Shown: positions 39,596-53,000 of the stretch, piece by piece
Layout of the letters: each line of letters starts with the position of its first letter
How positions within the stretch are numbered: the first letter of the stretch is position 1
Assembly (NCBI RefSeq): GCF_006345805.1
Contig: NC_043010.1
Span: forward strand, 49,352,001-49,416,000
DNA: 64,000 bases
Origin: Octopus sinensis
Lineage: Eukaryota
Direction of reading: 5' to 3'
Position numbers and translations under genes: made by a program
Notes under the pieces: generated by a model
Database searches by the model: none
Seen by the model: the letters and a program-made list of their open reading frames with translations, nothing else
Told to the model about the DNA's origin: nothing

Positions 39596-39969
39596 CTTTT
39601 ATTTGTTTGTCATTTGACTGCAGCAATGCTGGAGCACCACTTTTAGTCAAGCAAATTGACCCCAGAACTTATTCTTTGTAAGCCTAGTACTTTCTATCGG
39701 TCTCTTTTGCCGAACCGCTAAGTCACAGGGACGTAAACACACAAGCATCGGTTGTCAAGTGATGGGGGGGGGGGGCAAGCACAGACACACAAACATATAC
39801 ATATGCGACGGGCTTCTTTCAGTTTCTGTCTACCAAATTCACTCACAAGGCTTTGGTCAGCCCGAGGCTATAGTAGAAGACACTTGCCCAAGGTGCCACG
39901 CAGTGGGACTGAACCTGGAACCATGTGGTTGGTAAGCAAGCAACTTACCACACAGCCACCCCTACGCCT
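39596..39969 (-). mobile_element. SINE family A
   Basis: Reverse full-length copy. Confidence 0.88.
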
Positions 39970-40451
39970 ATGAAAATTTTTTTTTTATCAAATCTTCTGT
40001 TAGTTAACATGGGATCCCTTCACAACAATGTAACCTTCATTTGACTATGGTATCTTTGGCCTGATGAGTAGCTAGTGGAGTACCCCTCGCTTGGATAATT
40101 TCCTACTTCCGAGGTTCTGCTAGCTAGGAAACATATTTAGACTGGAGTTTTATCTACTCCACTCCCTAAATATAAGAACACAGATCGTGTCGTATAGCCA
40201 GCTGGAGAGGATGTCTCCTGGGGCTAAATTACAGCAACAGTCCTAAACCAGGACTGCCATGTTATGTTGGCAAACAATCTTTACTACAAAGTACAGTTGC
40301 TGAATATCTCACGTTGTGAGATTTAAAAATAGTAATTTTCTAATTCACTCCCTAAATTTAGATTTTCATTTACATACACAGCAACCACAGTTACTAACAG
40401 TGAACTATATAATAATTTTTATCAAATTATCGTGCTTTGATACTCTTACTT

Positions 40452-40854
40452 TCTTTTACTTGTTTCAATCATTTGACTGTGGCCATGCTGGAGCACCGCC
40501 TTTAGGCGAGCAAGTCAACCCCAGGACTTATTCTTTGTACGTCTAGTACTAATTCTATTGGTCTCTTTTGCTGAACTGCTAAGATACAGGGACGTAAACA
40601 CACCAGCATCGGTTGTCAAGCGATGTTGGGGGGACAAACACAGACACACAAACATATACACACACACATACAGATATATATACATATATATGATGGGATT
40701 CTTTCAGTTTCCACCTACCAAATCCACTCACAAGGCTTTGGTCGGCCTGAGGCTATAGTAGAAGACACTTGCCCAAGGTGCCATGCAGTGGGGCTGAACC
40801 CAGAACCATGTGGTTGGTAAGCAAGCTACTTATCACACAGCCACTCCTACGCCT
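40452..40854 (-). mobile_element. SINE family A
   Basis: Reverse full-length copy. A plus-strand 3' part follows at about 40905-41115. Confidence 0.88.
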
Positions 40855-41169
40855 ATATAGGAAAAATTTACGATCTTCTACATCAATAAGCTTATCTTAA
40901 CATATGTCTGTGCGTGTGTGAGTGTGTGTTTATCCCCCCACTCGACAACCAATGTTGGTGTTTACATCCCAGTAACTTAGCAGTTCAACAAAAGAGATCA
41001 ACAGAATAAGTAACAAGCTTCAACTAGTAAGTACTGGGGTCAATTCATTTAGCTAAAAATTCTTCAAGGCAGTGCCCCAGCATGGCCGCATCTAATGACT
41101 GAAACAAGTAAAAGATAGAAGATAATACCAATACACACACACATATGTCAGATATAGAGCAACCAGCTC

Positions 41170-41560
41170 ACTGGGAAGCAAACATTGAAGACACTTGTCT
41201 CAGGAATGATAGAAAATGATAGAATGAGTTGATTGAACTCTGTGAAAACAATGGATGGGAAGCAATGTGCCTTCCTGCAGAGATAGGGTGATAAAGGATT
41301 TGTTGGGACGAGAGTTCATCTGATGCTCATGAGTCTTGGACTAGTTGCCAAGGAGAGAATAGTTAGGTTGCCAGAAAACTGTTGAAAATCATTACATCTG
41401 ACTTGAGAGAGAAGGCTGGTGCTGTAGCAAGAGTGAGCATTGAGAATGGTGGAAACATCTGGCCCAGACTTGCAACATCTGACTCATCAAAGCTCATACC
41501 GTTGTGCAGGAGGTTTGTTGCATATACTAGTGGATGGCCCTGGGCAACTTTGGTTTTGTA
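41170..41560 (+). pseudogene. Restriction-like-endonuclease non-LTR (Hero/R2-group) C-terminal remnant
   Basis: LIELCENNGWEAMCLPAEIG*..KGFVG...LMSLG resembles L.e.C...GW.a.C.P.EvG.rGF.G. Confidence 0.6.
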
Positions 41561-41817
41561 GTAGAAGAGAAAGAAACAGCTACTGAATTACTTCATCCTA
41601 AGATGTTGACTCCTGCATTTGAAGACCAACTACAGCAGTACTGTCAGCATACAAGTATTTATCCAAAAGTATGTATATATATATATATATTTCGTTTTGG
41701 ATTTGGTTTGCAAGATTCTTTACGTGAGTTCGTGTGTTGCAGTATATTCTGTTGTCTGGGGAGAGTTATTTTCTTTTTGCGCCTTATAATTTAACACAAT
41801 CACTGGTAAAATTTCCA

Positions 41818-41941
41818 CTTATTCCTTATTTTTATTTTCCTAAAATTTTTGCTGCGTCTTGCAACCTTTTCAATAATGAAGACTATTGAAAAACTTGCAA
41901 GACACAACGAAAATTTTAGAAAAATAAAAATAAGGAACAAG
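41818..41941. repeat. Inverted repeat: 58-bp arms, 8-nt loop
   Basis: 41818-41875 versus the reverse complement of 41884-41941: 51/58 identical. Confidence 0.92.
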
Positions 41942-42981
41942 TATATATATATATATACTGTTGTCTCAGAATTGTGAGTGAAAGTGAACAGATGGAAACT
42001 GTGCAGAAGCTCATTTGGTGGATTGTACTTGTAATTCAAATGTCCTACATAGTGTCATGCTCACCCATTTACCTGTTACCTCTATGAGCAAGTAATTTAG
42101 TTGATCAAACAACTGGATCTGCATTACAGAGCGACAGAGAAACATCTCTTTCTTTCTTGCTCCACACATATACACACCTGTTTGGTTTTATATTTCACAG
42201 TCTTCCATCTGATGAAATGATCTGCAATTGATTTGGCTGATCATCAATATGTAAATAGTGAAACATCTGACATTTCAATAACTTGTTTCAACTATATGTT
42301 ATAGCTTAAGCCTGTATTGATGATACTTTGCAGACTACATTATATAAGAATGGGAATTTGATTTAGATAAAAATTGAGCCCACATTTCTACAATTGTCTT
42401 GCATTTAGCACATCAATAAATGTGTGTGTACGTACATAAAAAACACTCAGTACACTTAGTGGAATGGTTGGCATTAGGAAGGGCTTCCAGCCATAGAAAC
42501 CATGCAAAAGCAGACCTAGAGCCTGGTGCAGCTCTCTGGCTCACCTGTTCCAGTCAAAACATCGAACCCATGCCATTCAAGGTGGTGTCCCAGCATGGCC
42601 ACAGTCTAATGATTGAAGCAAGTAAACGATAAATATAAATATGTGTATGTGATAGACAATTTCTGCTTACTAAACATTATTTGCAACTATAGGCTATAAC
42701 AGAAAACACTTACCTGACATGTGGTGCGATGGTATTGAAACCAGAAATCAAATTTCCTAACCACATAGCTATGTCTGCACCTTTTGTTTATAAGGTAATT
42801 ACAGCTCCTTAGCAGTGGTGGGGAAATTTTCAATGTCTTAATATTTTTCAGTAACGTCTTGATAATATTTATACAACAAAGTTTAAAAAAAAAAAAAAGA
42901 AAATAACATTTTGATGACAAACAAAGATATTTCAAAATTTAAAAAAACAACAATACAAAATTGAATTAAAATGCCAAGAGT

Positions 42982-42987
42982 TTTATT
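42982..42987 (-). terminator. Candidate polyadenylation signal of the minus-strand gene
   Basis: AATAAA on the minus strand followed by a GU/U-rich element (TTGTATTGTTGTTTTTT), at the edge where SINE-free sequence ends. Confidence 0.45.
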
Positions 42988-44882
42988 ACAAAATAAGATT
43001 TGCAAATTTTATAAAAACATTGCCAACACCATTACTTTCATTTGTACAGATTTGAATTTTTTCTTTTCTTTTTTTTTTTTCCATAACAAGAATGCAAACA
43101 TGGAGAAAGCTGTTTCTATTAACATGACCCTCAATTTTAATAAGGGTGGAGCTTCCAATCAGGCTCTGCCAATAGTTGGCTGTGTCATTGTCCAGAGAAT
43201 AAAGAATCTAGCAGATGCAGGCTAGAGGGTACAGTAAGGTGATTTGTCCTGAGCACCGTAAAAGAGAGAGAGAGCAAGATGGGGAGAGGAGAAAAAAATA
43301 ACAACAAAAATCCAACAGTTCACTGAAATATTATCAATTACTTGTTGACTAGTTTTCATTAATAGCCATTAAACATTGTTAATATTTCTTCTACATTTGA
43401 ATTACACCCAACAATGTTTTCCTTGTTCTTGAAAATAGTAAAAAAATTAAAAAATAATTTGAACTGTTAAAAAGTGAGAATATCACGATTCTATCATGAA
43501 TCAAATATGTTTATATATTATTCAAATAATAGGCTTCTCACTCCTCCTCACAGTAGAAGAAAAAAAAAACAACTTCATCCAATGAAATACAGTTGAAATT
43601 AATGAAATTCAACACTATATAAAAGAAAAAATAATTTGTTCAGTAAATCCCATGATAAACTGAACTAACTATACTTACTACAAATGAGTATTTCTGAAAA
43701 ATTTAAATCAATGCTAGCAACGCTTAAAACAAAACAGTTTTGATCAGAACAAAGAAATGTGCTGTTTGAGTGTCATGTGAACTGTTTGTTGTTATAAGAT
43801 AGTAGGTTTGCAAGCTAATTAACTGCTATGATAAACTTTCATTATAAGAAAGTAAGCAACTGCTAAGCCTTCAAGAACAATGGCATAGTTCTTTGTACAG
43901 AAAATTAACACTTGAAATAGCACCAGAGCCCAGACAAACCCTCTAAGATTTGTCTTACCGTCTTTGTTATGAGTTTGAAAACAAATCACCTCATTAAAAA
44001 TTCCTGATTAATAAACAAACTAATTATAATATTTGTTTTAGCATTGAGTATTTGGTCAACAGCAGAAAATAGCAGACTGCTGACAGAAAGCCTTGGCATT
44101 AATACGAAAAATAACTCAAAGCAGATTCAGATCTTATCTTAGATAATATAAGAAACGATACACAGATTATATAACCTGTTAAATGCACCCTACAAGAATA
44201 AATTCTATCAGCAGCCACTTCTATATATATGTGTGTGTATGTGTGTGTGTATTTATTAAAAAAAAGTATACTTGCAAGTCAGAACCCTGTCAAAGGTAAA
44301 ACAAAATTCCTCCCAATTTTATCATAATCCACTTTCAAGATAGACAAGTATAAAACTTAAACAACTCTCCTAAGAAATAACTCCTAAGAAATTAAAATGC
44401 TTACATAGATTAAACAAAACAAAGAGAAAGCATTCCCAAACAATCCTTTAATATCACTTTTACATTGCATGACAATGTAATATTTGAAAAAAATATGAGG
44501 AAACCTCATCAAAAATATGAGAGAGAAATTTTCTCAAGGGAAAATAATTATTCATTTAAGCCAAGTTTTCATATATCCATTAGATTATTATTGTTTTATA
44601 AGCATTCAAATCACTGAAAGAATTTATTGTAAATCACAAAATTCAAATTGTATTTGTTCCATTATTTTTTAAATACAATAAATATTGCTTAAATGGATCT
44701 AGTTTTGATTTCCTGCTTCAGGAAATGTAAACCTAAATATATTTATGCTATCAAAACATTCTGATATTTACAAAATGAGAAGCAGAAACTACAGACCAGA
44801 ACTTAGAAAACATTAAGTTTCACAGAGTCAATTGAAAGGGGAAAAATTATAGCAAGACTTGGCAAGAAGCAGAAGAGATTAA

Positions 44883-45114
44883 CCCTTTTGAGACCAGATT
44901 TCCAATGGAATCCACTGCCTGTGTGTTCGATTAATTTTAAAAATCAAGGATTTGGAGAGATTAAGTAAAGTAACTAAAATCTCCATTAATAAAACGCTCT
45001 TTGGAACACACTTTAATAAAAGGTTCTTAAATAAAATTATGACAGGCAGTTTTAATTTTAAATACTTCAAAATTGACAGCTTTGTACCATAGAACCAGGT
45101 TGGCATCAAAAGGG
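44883..45114. mobile_element. piggyBac-type MITE
   Basis: TTAA|CCCTTTTGAGACCA ... TGGCATCAAAAGGG|TAAA. Confidence 0.75.
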
Positions 45115-48100
45115 TAAAACTTCAGAACCCTCTCTGAACATTATGTCTGCCAAAGAAAAACATATTAAGTCTGGCATGATGACATTAGCTGAGGCCCAAA
45201 AGTTAGAACAGAACAAACAACAGAAAAACAAAAAGTAAAATATTTTTAATGAAACGTTCAGAATATTAATGCAAGTAAATGGCAGCAGGATGCAATCTGT
45301 AGTGGTATTAAGATCGATGAGTAAAACCAAATTAATACTTTCCTGAAATTATGCACATGCAACAAAATGAAGGCTAAAAACAAAATCACAAATGTTTTCA
45401 TAACCCTTCCTTACAAAAAGCAATGGCTCAGGCACACTGCAGAAACAGCACTTCAAGAAAGCAATTTCAGAATAAATACACTTATTTGTTAATATTGCTT
45501 CTCATATATTTTAATAACAAAAATATTACTACTAAAATTTGTAAATATCCTCAAAGCTATGAATGAAATATCTCTAGATAGGGGCAAAGCTAGAGGGAAA
45601 ATTAGAATGAGCACAGCTTCAAAAACATGAATGCAACCAAAGTTTGAGATCTAAATAGGGTGTTAAAGAATAGCAACAAGTCTTATGAAATTGCTTGAAA
45701 CCTCTTCTATCCATATCTGCCTTTGCTTGACGCTATCTAATTAACAGATCTAGAATGTCTCCTAAAGAGTGATTTATTCTATTATGGAATTAGAGTCAGA
45801 ACAGTCAACAAGAATCTACAGTAGCAAAAAAAGACACTTTCTTTCCTCATCATTGAGATTTACAAAACAAACAATTGAAAAAGAAACTATCACAGCCCTG
45901 AAGAATACAAAATAATCTGTAGTTGTATCAATCAGTCATTCTGCATATTTTACATTAGAGAAAAATAAAATAATTTTATTTAAAAAAAAACCCAAAAAGC
46001 AAACACTTTTTTCGTTAGCCATTTTTTTTCTTTCCTTTTTACATTGCATGAGTATCAAATACAATCAGCATATGAGAGAGATCTGCTGATCTTACACGAT
46101 CAGCCCTAGTTTGTGCATGGCATTATTGTGACAACTACAATCACAACAACTATTACCACTGCATTTTGGAGATAAATAGCTAGTGAACAAATATTAAATG
46201 TTTCAAACTTAATTTTCACTGCAGAAATGTTTTTTTAAAAGATTTTCTAAACTATATAAAAAAAAAACCAAAAACCAAAATACCATTCAAATTATACATT
46301 ATAATAAATATATATAAAAATAAACAAAATAAGAATTTTCTAGAAGACACATATCAGTTGATTTGTTAATAATTCTATTTTGCTGTGATTTTCTTAAATA
46401 TTGCAAATAAGGCAGTTTAGTGTTAACAAAATAAAATCCTGCTTGACCAAGGTAAAAATTTCACAAGGATTATGATGCACATAAACAAAAACGATTGATA
46501 TATACATTTTCTCTCCGGTTAAAAACAATCAACAGGTATATTAAGAGGTTAAAAAGTGAAAACATAGTAACTCCGTGGAGAGATCTTTGCACATATTCAT
46601 ATAAAAGTAAACTAGTTCCTGATTGAAATACACACAAACACAAAAAAAAACAATAACAATGAAAAAGAACATGCAGAAAAGAGGTGTATTAAAAAAAAAA
46701 AAAAAAAAAATCAACTGGTTGTATGTAGTGTTTCAATGGGCGAGAAAGTGAAGATAAAATGAACTGTATGTAGCAAGGTCCAAGCAGATATTACCATTAA
46801 AAAGAGTAGGTGTGCAGTGTAACGATGTTGTGAAATCACAAAAGCCACTTGCACGAAAGAGAATTCAAGTTTCAAGTATAAAACTGAATTTGATCTCTCA
46901 GTCAGTTATTTTTGCTTATTGTCAGTGTTAGTAAACTATTCTAACTAACTTCACATATTTTGCAAGAAACTGGCTGCCTAGACAGGACATTAATAAAGTC
47001 TGAGGATATTGTAATACAGGAGTGTGTGAGTCATTAATATATATTTGTTGGCTTATAAAGGCTTCACTTTTGATGATTTTGTTTCCTATCTGGAATAACT
47101 TGTGTTCAGTTATCTTGACAAAATCAAAAAGATTCTTAATTTTAAAAATCCAAGACCTTATTTATATTTAACACCCCATTTAACCTCAGACCAACCCTAA
47201 TTGAGTAGGCCTATGATTCAAGTGCCTGCTAGTCATGAAGATCTTTTGGTTTTGAAACTACATTGTCTTACAGATTGAGGGCGATTTAGATGCAAGCTAA
47301 CATGATATTTAAAGAATAGACTGTATTTGAGTTAAGGCAGAATTTTAAAAAATACCCCCAATTAAATGAAGAAAAAGAAAACAATTCTTGAGTGTATGGA
47401 AAACAAGGAAAGAATTAGTTGGGTTTTCTAACTGAAACTTATCTGAGATATTAGTTTCAAGTTTAACCTAGAAACTATGGGTGGCAATAATATATAAACT
47501 TATTAATGGTTATGATGCTACTACAGTTACAGAGTCCACTATTAATGGCACACAATGATTTAATTCTTTTATTTACAATGGTTCCTCAATTATTATTTTT
47601 TTAAAAACAGATTATCAGAAATGAGATTGCAGAATAGAGTATGTATAAATGAAGAAATTATGTTAAAATAAAATTTTATTACGAAAGACATGGTAAAAAT
47701 AAAACAGAAAATGAAAGCAAATTTTGTTTTTCTAAGTACAAAAGAAAAATAGTTTAAAGATAAAAACACACTGTTATAAATATATATGAAGCCTTCTCAA
47801 ATTATGCCATTAACAACGAGCTCAAATGTACATGATATCCTTATGACTTTTATTCGTTAAAGAAAAAATAGTAAAACATAACGTTTAGATAAAGCAGGTG
47901 GAAGGGAGAAGAAAGCAGCAGTTGGTATTTTCAGTTATTCTTTTACAGTCTAAAAGAACAAAAACAAATTTTTTTTCGTAAACTACATATAAAAAATAGC
48001 AATGAAAACTAGGTGAACTGTGTCATGTGTACATTGTGTGTGCGTGTGTACATATATACATATATATAAATGTATGCATATATATATGTATACACACATA

Positions 48101-49937
48101 CAAATGTAATATACTTAAATGCACTTTTAAAGTAATTAATCACAACTCATTGATAAAAATAAAACAATCTGACAGGTAAGACACCAAAAGTATTAACAGG
48201 GATAATGGTAATAATAATAGTAACAATTAAAACAAAACCAATCAACTTGTGCAACCGCTGCAACTGATGTTAGATTATAAAAAAATACATTTGTTTTCGA
48301 AACAATAATAGCATCACATGAACAATCAGTTTGAGGATGATGGACGGTGACAATAACAGAAATCATCCGGCTACTTGAATTTATTATTTAAAAAAACCAA
48401 AAAAAAAAACCCACAAATGAATTAACAGATATTAAAAGGGATGAATGAAAGATGAGCACTGTAAAGTAAATATAAATATAGGGGTTAGGTGAGGACATAT
48501 ATGCCGTGTGTTAAGTTAGTGTATTATTATAAGCTGAAATTTTTTTTATTAAAAAAAAAAATTTAAGAATAGCAATAAGCGAAAAATCTAGGTGGGTGAA
48601 AGAGGAATTATAGGAGAAGTGGAATGTTTGACATAACCAAAAGTTTATAGGGAAAAAAAAGTTTCACTGAAGTTGTAAAAAAAAAAAAAGGGAAAAAGTA
48701 AGGAAAAATAATTCTACTACTCTTGGCCATAGAAGATTTAATAGATATTTGCCATTTGATTTCTCTATGTTTCTCTCTCATTTTCTTGAGTTACCAGTTT
48801 CCCCACAGCAGTTTATCTCTTGATTATGGCAAAGTTTGGAATGTATCACAGGTGATTTATCAAATACAATATACAAACACTGAGGTCTTACTGAGACTTC
48901 CATCTTTCCATTCCAATCATGATTCATGCACTTTATTTGTCAAAGAATTTGAGGATATCGGTTACACAATCTACATGTGTAAAAATTCTATAATTTTTAT
49001 TCAAACAGTTATTTCAATACATGACTATGTACAAAAAAAAAAAAAGAAGAAAAAAAGAAAGAAGCAACTGATTGTGTACTCAGTTGTGTGTATGTGTGTA
49101 TATAAATACATACAGCAATATATTTACAGGTGGAATTCAAAAAATAAATAGATAAATAAATAAATAAAAAAGATTTTTATGTCACTAAAATTCCTTAAAA
49201 AGTTGTAAATGAAAATTTATAATAATTATGTTAAATGTTAAAACGAAAGGTTGTGCAAAAAGAAAAAAAAGATAAAATTAGGAATAAGCATGTACACATA
49301 CATACATACACATATTTGCCCACAAACATTTAGACAGAAACATACGCACACACATACTCATGTGTGATTGACATATTTGCTAGCTTTCACTGTTACACAC
49401 ACATACTGTGCATTCATAAATACTGACATATATACACTCAATTCAGGTAAGAGAAATCAAAGAAGCAAGTTCTATGTTAAATAAAGAATGTTACTACAAG
49501 TGTTGTCGTTAATGGTGGAAAAATGCGGCTAAAGGTATTTAGTCTTTCAATATTTATCTACACTGTAAAATAAGTGTTAAAAGATGGAGCGTAGTTGAAC
49601 TGAATCTTTACAACTTAAAAATGATTATAACTGGGGATAAGTTTTACAGCTTGTCAGGCAAATCAGTTATAAAAATGATAATAATCATAATAATAAATAA
49701 CAACAAATGTAGTAATCGATTATGTTCTGTAATTTAGAAGAATAAATAAAAGCGGTAGCAGCAGTAATAGTGTAATAGAAGTAGTTGTTTGTCATCAGCA
49801 TCAGATGTGGTGTTTGGACATGTTAATTAAAGTAGTTGGACAAAGATGGATGGATAGCTGAGTGAATGGGCACAGAAAGAGAAGGCTGTCAAAAGCAACG
49901 AGGTGATACAGTTTCAGTACAGCCAGAGGTCTATCAA

Positions 49938-50015
49938 TCAGCGCACAGATTTTCTTCCGCTCTTGTTTCCATGTCCAGTGCGAGGTAGTGTCCCGTACGT
50001 ATTGGCCGCATGTTG
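49938..50015 (-). CDS. Terminal coding exon T2 (phase 0): QHAANTYGTLPRTGHGNKSGRKSVR*
   Basis: CTAAC branch points, acceptor ttttatttgcctctgcAG, GC-rich 26-codon frame to TGA in an AT-rich background. Confidence 0.7.
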   Translation of the reverse strand, partial: QHAANTYGTLPRTGHGNKSGRKSVR

Positions 50016-53000
50016 CTGCAGAGGCAAATAAAAGCCAATGTAGTGTTTGTTAGGTTAGTGTTAAAACAGAGAAGCAGTTTCAGTGGAAAGCATAAATCAT
50101 TTATTTGAAATAATCAAGATAAGAATAATTACAATTACTTCCCATCTGTACTGTTAAATTCAAAGAAAACCGAATACAAAATTATATAATCAAAAATAGA
50201 TTACGCAAATGTATGTTCCATAACTATAATTTAAACAACTAAATGTTCACAGAAATTATTTAATAATTAGTTAAACTATCTTGACTCATTTGTAGTCATA
50301 CTGGGGTGCAAACAGCACCACTTCTGAATAAAATAAAAGTAAAAAATGGTAGAATCACCATAGATAATGCCATATTTAATTAGGTATCAGTTTGGAATAC
50401 AAGTAACAACATTAAATGAGTACCAATGCAAAACAATATACCAAAAACAAAAGAAAAAAACCAAAATAGTCCACAGTTTGTATGAAGGCTTAAAAAAAAA
50501 TGAAATACTATATAATACAACAGTTTATTCAGTATTTTAAAAATGGAAATTAAACTTAATAGTATTTAAATATTTAACAGAGAAGTGCTGAAGAACAATT
50601 GCCTACATTGATGTCAGGGTTATTAAGTAAAGAAAGTTCTAGCAGGAAATTAAATGACTTATAAATTTTAACTCAATTGCAAAAATAATGGAGATCTCCC
50701 TATCCCATTAAAAAAATTATTCAAGAAAATTCTATAGTATAAGCTCCCAAAATATTTCTAATTGTTTTATTTCATTGCAAGTTTCACTTTTAAAAAAATG
50801 TTTCAAAAGGATGTTGCTTCTTTTAAGGTATTAAAAAGAGAAAAATTGAGTATACTCAACCTTATTTCCATAACTTATATTTTCACAAACTGCAAACTGT
50901 CTTGGCGACAGAACAGTTAAGTTAATAATATAAATAATATTCTTGCTAATATTAAAGATGCATTCAGAACGACTATAAGAGTGAAAATGTCAAAGAACCA
51001 AACAAGGAATGGGAAACAATGCTTGATATGTAAAACCTTGACTCAGGTAGAGAATATATTAGATAATCTATGCTGTAAATCTTTGACAAAGTGGAAAAAA
51101 GAAATTAAAATAAAAGTAATGAAAACATTCTAGTTTTAACATCAACCATCACATTAAGTCTTGTCAAATTAACATAACATGCAAGTTACAAGTGGCCTAC
51201 CAACATAATTCCAGCTGACAAACAGTATAGTATTAAGTGCTGTTAATAGACTATCATAATATACTTAAAGTGACAAAGATGTTTCACATAAAAAGGACAG
51301 GAAATGACCTCAAAATCTTCTCAACTACAAGCTTTAATTAAAGTCTTCGCTGATCTGAATTGTTGGGAAATCAATTTCTGAAGTGATTAAAATATGGGTC
51401 AACCTAAGTCTGATGTAGTCAGAAGAATTAAATAATAAAACAATTTTGAATGAAATTACTTAAATGAGTTAGTACTAGAGTATGGATTGACAGGGCTATG
51501 CAGTTTGTGTTTCTGTTTAAATAGAAACACAAAATTGAGAAAATGAATTTCTTTCGTTTTTTTTTTCTTTTTAATAATATAAAAATAAAAATTAATGAAA
51601 TTGCCAGAAGCTAAACAAATTTTATTAGTTTTAAGAAAATACTATCACTATTATTATTTTTTTTCTTTTTTACATTGACATTAATTATTTTTTCCATTTT
51701 CTCATGATAAAAAAGAACTGAATATGACTTGCTGAAGAAATTTATTTTACAGACAAAAGATCCCTCCTAATAATTCTAAAGAAATTAAATTATTTGATAT
51801 TGAGCATACAACCACATGTTTTAGCTATCTTTTGAAACAGTTGAAGCATATTACTGAGTCAAATTTTATGATGAAAACAACAAATGAGTAGTAGGCACAT
51901 TGAGGGGTAAATTTTGAAATATAACTAAGAATTTAGTGTGTCTGATAAAGAATATGTGCAAACATAAACAAGTTAAAAGTTATATAAGTAACAAGTTTAA
52001 TGGAAATCTAAGAATTTAACAAGACCAAGACTAAATCAATCAGCAAACCGAATAGCAATCAAGAATTATTAAGGGTCACAGAACACTTTTATGGGAGAAG
52101 TTTTGCTTACCTGTAGAGAAAATCTAGCCCTTAAATCTCCGACACTAGAAGATCTAATAGGCTTGGCAACTGAATCCTACAAAAGCATTGATATCTAAGC
52201 TTCAAGACTCAAAGACAAATACCGTGTAATAAGATCAAAGAAAATACAACAGAGACAAACAAACCCAGTTTATATCTACTGTTAGATAGTTTCTCTACTG
52301 ACATACTTAAGTTAAAATATTAGTTATTAGTAAATCTTATTTGTTAAAATTCAAAACAGAACAGAACCTCTCCAAATAGAAGATAATCTTTTAAAAGAAA
52401 GAGATTTCAGTATTTGTTATTTAGAAAATACTGCAAGATAATTTTGAGGAATTTTATAGAGAGCGTAAGAAGAGAAAGAGAGAAAGCTGTACACTAAATA
52501 CTATAATTATTACATTAAAAGAAAAAACAAAAAAAACTATTCATCTACCGGTACAATGGTAATTAATTATGCTATGATTACTTTGGAAGTAAAGTTTTAA
52601 AAACTTTAATAAACAAATGCTGAGGAAGGGCACTGCAAAGCATTTTGTCTGGGGATCTAATTTAAGAAAATACCAAATTTCTTTTGTTGGCTGTATCTGA
52701 AACAAATTCATTATCTTGTATCACGTAAAATAATTAATTCAAACATTAGTAGAAAGAAAAAGAAAATTCACTCAGCCAACTTATATCAACAGAAATATAT
52801 ATTGCAAACCAATCCAAAACTACATGCACATGGGCACACACAAACACACACTGCAAATCAACAAAAAAAAAAGTAAACAAGTGCACACACGTGTAAGTCC
52901 AACAAGGCAACATGCATGTAGAGTAATGTAACACAAAGCAGCATGCATAAATGTATTATTGAAACAACATGCAAAATGTATGAGAGATGCTAACAGTGAA

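Larger units (their letters stand above)
42960..49937 (-). other. Putative ~7 kb 3' UTR
   Basis: Follows the stop at 49938, is U-rich on the minus strand, and is nearly free of the SINEs that crowd 1-42.7 kb. Confidence 0.5.

Noticed and set aside
40058-40100. CTGATGA hammerhead-like word
   Set aside because: No GAAA after a stem II, so the core is incomplete.
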